This document shows positions 9,159-16,775 of a stretch of DNA of 32,000 nucleotides, piece by piece. The notes beneath the pieces were generated by a model. The model had not been told where the DNA came from. It ran no database searches and saw only the letters and a list, made by a program, of their open reading frames with translations. This DNA comes from Gammaproteobacteria bacterium (GTDB taxonomy: Bacteria > Pseudomonadota > Gammaproteobacteria > JBIOEC01). Each line of letters opens with the position of its first letter. Positions within the stretch are counted from its first letter, which is position 1. The stretch is from NCBI GenBank assembly GCA_965279305.1, contig OZ257143.1, positions 1,530,001 through 1,562,000 on the forward strand. Reading direction: 5' to 3'. The position numbers and the translations under genes were made by a program.

Positions 9159-10565
9159 ATGCCACAAAACTCGTCTAAAGATCTCAATAATATGTGCATT
9201 GTTCGAAATCCTGCAACAGAAGCCATTGTTGCACAATACCCTTATTTTAGCTTAGAGCAAATTAATCATAAAATTGAACAATCTGAAAAAGCCTGGAAAG
9301 AGTGGAAAAATTCTTCTTGGGAAACTCGTCGTGAATGCGTTAAAAAATTAGCGGCTTCATTGAGATCTCATCTTTCTGAATGCTCAAAGCTAATCACTCT
9401 TGAAATGGGAAAACCCATCACACAAGCCGAGCAAGAAATAGAGAAGTGCGCCACGCTTTGTGATTATTACGCCGAACATGCAGAAACCCTTTTAAAACCT
9501 AGGCTGATCACTCATGAGAAAGAGGGTGATAATGAAAAAAGTTATATTGTTTACGATCCACTAGGCATTATTTACGGAATCATGCCGTGGAATTTTCCTT
9601 TTTGGCAGGTGATGCGTTTTGCTATTCCTAGCATTATGGCCGGTAATACCGCTTTGCTAAAACACTCGCCTAATGTAACCGGTTGTAGCTTAGAAATTGA
9701 AAAATTATTCAAAGAAAGTTTCCCTGAACATGTTTTTACGTGTTTAGTGATGCAAGTAGAGCATTCTGAACATGTGCTTAATCATAGTGCGGTAGCGGCT
9801 ATATCCGTAACCGGCAGTGATAAAACGGGTCGTATTGTAAGCGCACAAGCGGGTAATGCGCTCAAAAAAACCGTATTAGAATTAGGTGGTAGCGATCCTT
9901 ATATTGTATTAGAAGATGCGGATATTGAAAAAACAGCTAAAACCATTGTGGCAGGGCGGATCAGTAATGCCGGACAATCTTGTGTGGCACCTAAACGAAT
10001 ATTAGCCGTAGATGCAATCCGTGAAGCCTTGCAAGCCCATGTGACAGCCTTAATGAAAGATTATTCTTGGGGAAATCCTGCCGATAAATTAGTAAAATTA
10101 GGTCCGCTTGCACGTAAAGACTTACGCGATCATTTGCATAAACAAATAGTGGATACGGTAGTTCAAGGTGCAGGTGTTGAGTGTGGTGGATTTATGCCAG
10201 AAGGTATGGGATATTTTTATCCTCCCACCGTTTTAGTCGATGTGCCTAAAGATACGCCTGCGTATGATGAAGAATTATTTGGTCCTGTATTAAGCTTTAT
10301 ACCGGTAAAAGACGAAGCAGAGGCTATCAAAGTAGCCAATGGAACTCGATTTGGGCTTTCCTCTGCTATCTTCACTAAAGATATTAAAAGAGCAGAAAAA
10401 ATAGCCCGCCAGTTAATGGCAGGGGGCGTATTTATTAATAAATGCACCGTATCTGATCCTCGTATGCCTTTTGGAGGCATCAAAGACTCAGGCCATGGAC
10501 GAGAGCTTAACGGCGATGGTATACATGAGTTTACCAATATTAAAACCATCGTGATTGCCAAATAA
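9159..10565 (+). CDS. NAD(P)-dependent aldehyde dehydrogenase (succinate-semialdehyde dehydrogenase-like)
   Basis: 468 aa. ALDH catalytic Glu context LELGGSDP, catalytic Cys context GQSCVAPKR, and C-terminal PFGGIKDSGHGRE. AAGGA lies 7 nt upstream of the ATG. Substrate is not determinable from sequence. Confidence 0.85.
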   Translation: MPQNSSKDLNNMCIVRNPATEAIVAQYPYFSLEQINHKIEQSEKAWKEWKNSSWETRRECVKKLAASLRSHLSECSKLITLEMGKPITQAEQEIEKCATLCDYYAEHAETLLKPRLITHEKEGDNEKSYIVYDPLGIIYGIMPWNFPFWQVMRFAIPSIMAGNTALLKHSPNVTGCSLEIEKLFKESFPEHVFTCLVMQVEHSEHVLNHSAVAAISVTGSDKTGRIVSAQAGNALKKTVLELGGSDPYIVLEDADIEKTAKTIVAGRISNAGQSCVAPKRILAVDAIREALQAHVTALMKDYSWGNPADKLVKLGPLARKDLRDHLHKQIVDTVVQGAGVECGGFMPEGMGYFYPPTVLVDVPKDTPAYDEELFGPVLSFIPVKDEAEAIKVANGTRFGLSSAIFTKDIKRAEKIARQLMAGGVFINKCTVSDPRMPFGGIKDSGHGRELNGDGIHEFTNIKTIVIAK

Positions 10566-10602
10566 ACCTTCTTTTTCCTAGCATTTACCCTGTTTTCTTG
10601 AA

Positions 10603-10632
10603 TTGACAGACTATTCCCATTCGGTTTATAGT
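10603..10632 (+). promoter_or_regulatory. Putative sigma70 promoter TTGACA-N18-TATAGT
   Basis: TTGACA at 10603-10608 and TATAGT at 10627-10632, about 35 nt upstream of the 10668 ATG, which has an AAGAAGGA RBS. Confidence 0.35.
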
Positions 10633-10667
10633 TCGTATACTAAATTCGTAGTTAAGAAGGAATTAAT

Positions 10668-11744
10668 ATGCCCGGTGCTGCAAGTAGTCCTACCGCTAGG
10701 ATGTTTTCTGTTCTTCAATGGCTTCCTCTAGTATCTATCCCCGTATTCTTTGTGGGACTTTATCCTTACCTGAGAGAGCTGATGGATAAATTTGTATTTC
10801 CAGATATATTAGAAAACGATAATGAGACAGCCGTGATTACATTAGCTATTTTAACGGCCTTTAGCACCATGACCAGCAATACGGCACAATTGGCTGACAT
10901 CATTAAACCCACCGACAAGGTATCGTTAGATAGTACCCTGAAAAAATCATTAAAATTAGCCGCTAGAGTAATGGTTTCTATTCCTCCTGCGATTGCCGCC
11001 GGTCAGCTTACCCGTTATCAAGTTGAAGAATTTAATTTTGATATAACAAATACGGCGTTAATATCATGTATGGTACTTTTAGCCGGCGTAGAATTTATGA
11101 CTGCCATGCAAGGTACGCATCCTAGTGAACTTGTAAAACTATGGAAAGCATTTGCTCCAAAACCTAAAAAAGAAGGTCTCTCCGAAATAACCGCTCTGAT
11201 TAATGACGATTCTGAGCAAGAAGCGCAAGATTTTTCAGCTCTTTTTCCTTCTAGAAATGTTACGTTATCACTTACTGCAATTTATGTCCCCCTGGCTATG
11301 TATGCTTTATATTCTTTGATCAATGAATTTTACCGAAATATTAAACCCACTTCTGCTGGTGAATATACATTATTTATAATGTGTGTATTAGCCAGCACAT
11401 TTGCCACGCTTTTTGATTTAGATAGATGGAGTATGCTATTACAAGAATTTGTAAAATTTAAACCCAGTGCTTTTTCAGTTTTAACCGCTCTGTTAGTGGT
11501 GGTGAATTCTTTTTTAAGTTCTTTAATCGACGCTGTGAGAGGATTTGAAGTGCATGATGTGGGTTATAACTATAAAATGTTAGGTTATATATCTATTACT
11601 GCTGTTTTACTTGCTAAGTTTTCTAGCAACGTGACGCTTACCCAAGATTTTGGAAACTACGTTTATGAAAGAGGAACGCAAATAAAAGCCGCTTGTTTAA
11701 AACCACCGTTAAGACGCCACGCCAGTGCTGTTGCACCTGAATAA
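10668..11744 (+). CDS. Hypothetical polytopic membrane protein (about 8 hydrophobic segments, 4+4)
   Basis: 358-aa ORF in an AT-rich genome with a good RBS and candidate promoter. Four hydrophobic segments lie on each side of a charged linker (KPKKEGLSEITALINDDSEQEAQD). No family recognised. Confidence 0.7.
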   Translation: MPGAASSPTARMFSVLQWLPLVSIPVFFVGLYPYLRELMDKFVFPDILENDNETAVITLAILTAFSTMTSNTAQLADIIKPTDKVSLDSTLKKSLKLAARVMVSIPPAIAAGQLTRYQVEEFNFDITNTALISCMVLLAGVEFMTAMQGTHPSELVKLWKAFAPKPKKEGLSEITALINDDSEQEAQDFSALFPSRNVTLSLTAIYVPLAMYALYSLINEFYRNIKPTSAGEYTLFIMCVLASTFATLFDLDRWSMLLQEFVKFKPSAFSVLTALLVVVNSFLSSLIDAVRGFEVHDVGYNYKMLGYISITAVLLAKFSSNVTLTQDFGNYVYERGTQIKAACLKPPLRRHASAVAPE

Positions 11745-11752
11745 TGAGTAGC

Positions 11753-12646
11753 TTAATCAATATAGCGTTGCAATAAACCTTCATAGCTATCAATGCGACG
11801 ATCGCGCAAGTATGGCCACATTTGGCGTACCGTTCGAGTTCTTTCTAAATCAAGAGTGGCATATAAATGAGTAGGCGTTTCATTATCTGCTTGTGCAAGA
11901 ATTTCACCTTGAGGTCCTGCTACAAAACTATTTCCCCAAAATTGAATGCCTTTTTCATGTACTTCAGGATGATAAGGATTATTTTCATATCCCACACGAT
12001 TCACCGAAAGAACCGGTATTCCATTAGCCACTGCATGTGAACGTTGAATAGTTGTCCATGCATCTAATTGACGTTTTTTTTCATCTGCGGGATCAGCAGG
12101 GTGCCAACCAATCGCTGTAGGATAAATCAATAGATCAGCCCCAGCCAATGCCATTAATCGAGCTGCTTCAGGAAACCATTGATCCCAGCACACTAAAACG
12201 CCTAATTTACCGAGTGAAGTTTGAATAGGTGTAAATCCTAAATCTCCTGGAATAAAATAAAACTTTTCGTAAAATCCTGGATCATCGGGAATATGCATTT
12301 TACGATAACGGCCTGCTAATGTTCCGTCGCGTTCCATCACAACAGCGGTGTTGTGATAAACGCCTTTTGCGCGTTCTTCAAATAAAGATCCTACAATCAC
12401 AGTGCCAGTGCGTTTGGCCACATCGCCTAATATTTTGGTACTAGGGCCTGGAATAGGCTCTACTAATTTATAATTTTCATAATCTTCTTGCTGAGGGAAA
12501 TAAAAACTATTGTGTAATTCTTGCAATACAATCAGTTGCGCGCCATTTTGAGCAGCTTCTTCAATTGATTTAACCATGATCGCTAAATTTTCAGCAGGCT
12601 CTGCTACGGCTTTTTGCTGAATCAGTGCAGTTTTTATCGTAGACAT
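11753..12646 (-). CDS. aguB: N-carbamoylputrescine amidase (carbon-nitrogen hydrolase family)
   Basis: 297 aa. CN-hydrolase triad contexts VLQELH (Glu), YRKMHIP (Lys) and VLVCWDQWFPE (Cys). Lies directly downstream of agmatine deiminase on the same strand (18-nt gap). Confidence 0.85.
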   Translation of the reverse strand: MSTIKTALIQQKAVAEPAENLAIMVKSIEEAAQNGAQLIVLQELHNSFYFPQQEDYENYKLVEPIPGPSTKILGDVAKRTGTVIVGSLFEERAKGVYHNTAVVMERDGTLAGRYRKMHIPDDPGFYEKFYFIPGDLGFTPIQTSLGKLGVLVCWDQWFPEAARLMALAGADLLIYPTAIGWHPADPADEKKRQLDAWTTIQRSHAVANGIPVLSVNRVGYENNPYHPEVHEKGIQFWGNSFVAGPQGEILAQADNETPTHLYATLDLERTRTVRQMWPYLRDRRIDSYEGLLQRYID

Positions 12647-12664
12647 GGGTTATTCCTCTATATT

Positions 12665-13711
12665 TTATTCTTCAAGGTAAATATTCATGGTGGTGCAATG
12701 AATGCTGCCATGATTATGAATGAGCGCAAGACTATTTACGCCATAAATTTTTCGATTAGGAAAACAATGTTGAATACACTCTAATGCCGCTGCGTCGTTT
12801 TTGTCACCATAAGTCGGAACAATCACGGCGCCATTAATAATTAAAAAGTTAGCATAGCTAGCAGGCATTTGCACACCGGCAGCAGTCAATTTAGGTGCAA
12901 TGGCAGGCAATGAAATAAGCGTATAGGGTTCACCACGTTCATTTCTAAATGCACGTAATTCTTCTTCCATTGCGCTTAAGCTATTCCAATCGGCGCTTTG
13001 AGGGTAAGGTGTGCTATAACAAATGGTATTGCTATCGCAAAACCGTGCCAACATATCAATGTGCCCGTCAGTGTCATCGCCGCTTAGTGTGCTATTTTTA
13101 ATCCAATGAACTCGTTCAATACCTAAATCTTGGCGCAAACGAGTTTCAATATCTTCTCGAGAAAGAGTGGGGTTGCGATTGGGGTTGAGCAAACAAGATT
13201 CTGTGGTGAGCAATGTGCGTTGGCCATTGGTATCTAAGCTTCCACCTTCCAGCACCCAGGAAAAATCTTTGATAGGGTAATTCCAAAAAGCGCCTTCTGA
13301 AGCCAGCGTTGGCACTATATTATCATCAAGATCATAGGTATATTTACTTCCCCAGGCATTAAATTGAAATTTGCCTAGATAGGTTTTTCCGCCACCATGT
13401 AGGGTGATAGGACCATGATCGCGGGTCCAGCTATCGTTAGAAGGAACAATATAAAAATGCATTTGGTCTAAATTTGCATCTGTTTTTTCTAATTGTGCTT
13501 TTATATGCTGCTGATGCGCTTCATCGTAGCAGGCAATAATTAAGGGTTGGTAATGCGACGTGATTGCAGCTATATTCACTAATACTTTTTCGGTTTCTAC
13601 TAGGCGATCGGGTGCCCAGAGACCATGCGCATGAGCCCAGGTAATCATGAGGGCTTTTTGTTTTTCCCATTCGGCGGGTAAGCGGGGAAGACTTAAAGGA
13701 GTGGCTGCCAT
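12665..13711 (-). CDS. aguA: Agmatine deiminase
   Basis: 348 aa. SWTRDHGPI motif, GDDTDGHIDMLARF, and C-terminal catalytic Cys context GSIHCTTM, all typical of the agmatine deiminase / PAD-like family. Confidence 0.85.
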   Translation of the reverse strand: MAATPLSLPRLPAEWEKQKALMITWAHAHGLWAPDRLVETEKVLVNIAAITSHYQPLIIACYDEAHQQHIKAQLEKTDANLDQMHFYIVPSNDSWTRDHGPITLHGGGKTYLGKFQFNAWGSKYTYDLDDNIVPTLASEGAFWNYPIKDFSWVLEGGSLDTNGQRTLLTTESCLLNPNRNPTLSREDIETRLRQDLGIERVHWIKNSTLSGDDTDGHIDMLARFCDSNTICYSTPYPQSADWNSLSAMEEELRAFRNERGEPYTLISLPAIAPKLTAAGVQMPASYANFLIINGAVIVPTYGDKNDAAALECIQHCFPNRKIYGVNSLALIHNHGSIHCTTMNIYLEE

Positions 13712-13822
13712 TGTGTGACTTCTCTTTGTTTAACTTATGGTAATATAGGAACCTTCGCCCAGCTGAGTAATATCATGCTGGAAGAGGGCAGTAACGCTAG
13801 CTATTTTCTCAGAAAAACGATT

Positions 13823-15082
13823 ATGTTTAAACCTTTAGCTCTTTATATGGGATGGCGCTATACGCGAGCAAAGCGTAAAACCCATTTTATCTCGTTTATT
13901 TCTCTTATTGCCATTGGCGGTATCGTCCTTGGTATGACTGCACTTATTACCGTTTTATCGGTAATGAATGGCTTTCAAAACGAACTCCGCGATCAAATTT
14001 TAGGCTTAGCCCCTCATATCATTATCACGGATTATACCCGTACCTTAACGGATTGGCAGCCTTTAGAGAAAGAATTATCGGCTGAATTCCCTGAGCTTAA
14101 AAATCTTTCTCCTTTAATTGATGAGCAGGGCATGTTAAGCCATAACGGACGTACTCATTTTGTAGGCTTATCAGGCATCGATCCGGAACAAAGCATTGCT
14201 AAACAACCCTTGCTGGATCATATGATTGCAGGCTCTTTGAATAATTTAAAACCGGGTGAGTATGGATTAGTGATTGGTGAGCGTTTAGCCAAGTATTTCC
14301 GTGTACAACCTGGCGATAGTTTGTTATTGGTGAGTTCGGCTACTAGTGTAACGCCAGCAGGCGTTTTACCTCGCACCAAACGATTTAAGGTAGTCGGTAT
14401 ATTTTCTATTAGTCGTGATTATGATTTTAATTTAGCGTTTATGCATATTAAAGATGCTCAAACTATTTGGAGATTAGGCGATAAAGTAAGTAGTTTAGTG
14501 GCCCAATTACCTGATTTGTATGCGGCGCCTAATGTTCGTTTAGAAATACAAAAAAGTTTATTGCAAAAAAGCGATAAGCAATACGTAGTATATGATTGGA
14601 CGCATTCTCATGGTACTTTTTTTGCTGCACTTAAATTAGAAAAAACCATGATGTTTATTATTTTATCGCTCATTATTGCCGTAGCGACATTTAATATTTT
14701 ATCCACTTTAGTAATGGTGGTTACGGATAAACAAGCCGATATTGCTATTCTGAGAACCATAGGCGCTACGCCTGCCACTATTGTTCGAATATTTATGGTT
14801 CAGGGTTGCATTATTGGATTGATTGGTACGATATTTGGTTTAATAGGCGGTATTTTATTAACATTAAATGTAACGCATATTGTTGCGGCATTAGAAGCAT
14901 ATTTTGGTGCCAATATTATTGCTGAAAATGTTTATTTCTTAGATCATTTACCTGCAGAATTATTATGGTATGACGTAGTGCGCATTGCTGGTATGAGTTT
15001 GCTTTTAAGCTTTCTCTCTACTTTATACCCTGCATGGAGAGCGTCTAAGGTGCAACCAGCGGAGGCGCTGAGATATGAATAG
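13823..15082 (+). CDS. lolC: Lipoprotein-release ABC permease (LolC/LolE/LolF family)
   Basis: The family N-terminus starts at ATG 13823 (MFKPLALYMGWRYTRAKRKTHFISFISLIAIGGIVLGMTALITVLSVMNGF). Large periplasmic domain, then a C-terminal FtsX-type 3-TM bundle. The 36 codons upstream from GTG 13715 have no family resemblance. Overlaps lolD by 8 nt. Confidence 0.85.
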   Translation: MFKPLALYMGWRYTRAKRKTHFISFISLIAIGGIVLGMTALITVLSVMNGFQNELRDQILGLAPHIIITDYTRTLTDWQPLEKELSAEFPELKNLSPLIDEQGMLSHNGRTHFVGLSGIDPEQSIAKQPLLDHMIAGSLNNLKPGEYGLVIGERLAKYFRVQPGDSLLLVSSATSVTPAGVLPRTKRFKVVGIFSISRDYDFNLAFMHIKDAQTIWRLGDKVSSLVAQLPDLYAAPNVRLEIQKSLLQKSDKQYVVYDWTHSHGTFFAALKLEKTMMFIILSLIIAVATFNILSTLVMVVTDKQADIAILRTIGATPATIVRIFMVQGCIIGLIGTIFGLIGGILLTLNVTHIVAALEAYFGANIIAENVYFLDHLPAELLWYDVVRIAGMSLLLSFLSTLYPAWRASKVQPAEALRYE

Positions 15083-15767
15083 GGATATGAATGACGCTCC
15101 TGTACTACAAGCCACTAATATAGGTAAAACATTTAAAGATGGTGATAATACGGTCACTGTGTTGAAAAATATTAATTTTGCGATTAATGCCGGCGAAAAA
15201 GTAGCTATCATGGGCGCATCGGGATCGGGTAAATCCACTTTGCTACATTTATTAGGTGGTTTAGATACGCCTACTGAAGGTGATGTATTTATTACCGGTC
15301 AAGCGGTGAGTAAAATGAATCAGCATCATTTAAGTTTATTACGTGGGAAAAAATTAGGTTTTGTTTACCAATTTCATCATTTATTGCCAGAGCTAACCGC
15401 TTTAGAAAATGTAGCATTACCAGCGGCATTAGCAGGAGATTCAGTAGCAAAAGCCAAAGAGCGTGCTAAAGAATTATTGCATCAAGTAGAATTAGCGCAT
15501 CGATTAGAACACAGACCCGCCCAATTATCGGGTGGTGAACGTCAGCGTGTGGCCATTGCACGTGCATTAGTGAATAGACCTTTGTGTATGTTGGCGGATG
15601 AACCTACCGGAAATTTAGATAGTAAAACGGCAGAGCAAATTCATTTGCTGATCAACAAGCTCAATCGAGAATTAGGAACCAGTTTTTTAATTGTCACTCA
15701 TGACGAACGTTGGTCTAGTGAAATGCATAGAGTGTTGCATATTACTGATGGCGTGTTAAAAGACTAA
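15075..15767 (+). CDS. lolD: Lipoprotein-release ABC transporter ATP-binding protein
   Basis: 230 aa. Walker A GASGSGKST, signature LSGGERQRVAIARAL, Walker B MLADEPTGNLD. Coupled to the Lol permease. Confidence 0.85.
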   Translation: MNRDMNDAPVLQATNIGKTFKDGDNTVTVLKNINFAINAGEKVAIMGASGSGKSTLLHLLGGLDTPTEGDVFITGQAVSKMNQHHLSLLRGKKLGFVYQFHHLLPELTALENVALPAALAGDSVAKAKERAKELLHQVELAHRLEHRPAQLSGGERQRVAIARALVNRPLCMLADEPTGNLDSKTAEQIHLLINKLNRELGTSFLIVTHDERWSSEMHRVLHITDGVLKD

Positions 15768-15772
15768 AATGT

Positions 15773-16705
15773 TTAGAGATGCGGAGCTGTTGTAATGACA
15801 GCGGGAGCTGGTGCTGTATTTTTTGCCATTTCAGCTGCCATAAATGTATCGATTTCTTCTTTTAATTCAAGATCGGGAATAATAGTACATTCTGATAATG
15901 GAGTTCTAGAAATGGGGCTCATTGTAAATCTTGCTAATGTTCCTTGATCATAAACTGCTTCTTCCACAACACCTACTACGACCCAGTCTTCTATTCCTGG
16001 CTGATTTTCTAAATCAGGTACTTTAATTTGGACAGGTACATCCATTATTTCAGCATCAATAAAATCTTTAAAACGATCAGGAACAGGGGATGCTCTTTCG
16101 CCTAGCTGGGTTAATTGGTTGGCATTAATTAATGCCCGACTAGATACCGCAGTGTTTAATATTCTTGGGGCAGCATTTTCTAATAAAGCAATCATCATTT
16201 CAAGCAACTCTAGTGAGTTGTAAATGCTTACTCTAATGATTTCGGGTGTGATATTAACAATAAATAAATTATTTTCTGTGAAAATAAAGCTATTAGAAGT
16301 GGGAGGAAGATTCGATTGATTCAAATAAAACCTATGTTGCACAGAAGTTAAAAAACTAGTTTCTATTATTGGCACAGGCGCTGTATTAGCTGCAGCAGTA
16401 ACTTCTATTTGTGGAGTAGGTTGTTGAACAATCGCTCGATCTTGTCGACGATTCTCTAAACGTTGTTCAAAGTATTCTCTGGTGCACGGTGGTGTTTGAA
16501 TATTATATCCGTGTCTTATTCTTAAGTTGATGGCAAATGAACAAAAACGGGCGTAGGTAAAATTATAGGAATTTCGATTAAAAATAAGCCAATTTAATAA
16601 TATTGATGTGGAATTGGCATTAGGCTCTGTAGCGCGTGATCCTCTGCGGATCCTTCTATGATGCCGTTCGAAATCCGCGATTAAACTATTATCAAAATGT
16701 CTCAT
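15773..16705 (-). CDS. U-box-like (CHIP-type) domain protein, paralog A; candidate secreted E3 ubiquitin ligase
   Basis: 310 aa. C-terminal VPDRFKDFIDAEIMDVPVQ...AVYDQGTLARF...PISRTPLSECTIIPDLELKEEIDTFM follows the U-box pattern IPDxFxCxIxxELMxDPV...TYDRxxIxxxL...DPxTRxPL...LIPNxxLKxxIDxF. Full-length homolog of the adjacent gene. Confidence 0.7.
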   Translation of the reverse strand: MRHFDNSLIADFERHHRRIRRGSRATEPNANSTSILLNWLIFNRNSYNFTYARFCSFAINLRIRHGYNIQTPPCTREYFEQRLENRRQDRAIVQQPTPQIEVTAAANTAPVPIIETSFLTSVQHRFYLNQSNLPPTSNSFIFTENNLFIVNITPEIIRVSIYNSLELLEMMIALLENAAPRILNTAVSSRALINANQLTQLGERASPVPDRFKDFIDAEIMDVPVQIKVPDLENQPGIEDWVVVGVVEEAVYDQGTLARFTMSPISRTPLSECTIIPDLELKEEIDTFMAAEMAKNTAPAPAVITTAPHL

Positions 16706-16732
16706 TTACAACCACTTTTTTAGTTAGTTAAA

Positions 16733-16761
16733 ATTATAAAGATAGAATGGAAAGAAATCAA
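16733..16761 (-). promoter_or_regulatory. Putative sigma70 promoter TTGATT-N17-TATAAT for U-box paralog A
   Basis: Minus-strand reading: TTGATT (16761-16756), 17-nt spacer, TATAAT (16738-16733), about 28 nt upstream of the ATG at 16705. Lies in the 70-nt gap between the paralogs. Confidence 0.5.
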
Positions 16762-16775
16762 TTCTCTTAAGCATT

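Noticed and set aside
8965-9165. 66-aa minus-strand ORF spanning the 9004-9158 intergenic region
   Set aside because: It overlaps the ends of two plus-strand features and the hairpin/T-run region. Its Cys/Ser-rich composition is odd and it has no RBS. The structured-RNA explanation fits better.
10217-10561. 114-aa antisense ORF inside the aldehyde dehydrogenase gene
   Set aside because: It lies opposite the conserved ALDH C-terminus (PFGGIKDSGHGRE). It is a shadow ORF with no RBS or start context of note.
13715-13822. GTG start at 13715 extending the Lol permease by 36 codons
   Set aside because: The extension (MTSLCLTYGNIGTFAQLSNIMLEEGSNASYFLRKTI) has no resemblance to LolC/E N-termini. 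It would leave only 3 nt to the divergent aguA start. The family-typical N-terminus begins at ATG 13823.
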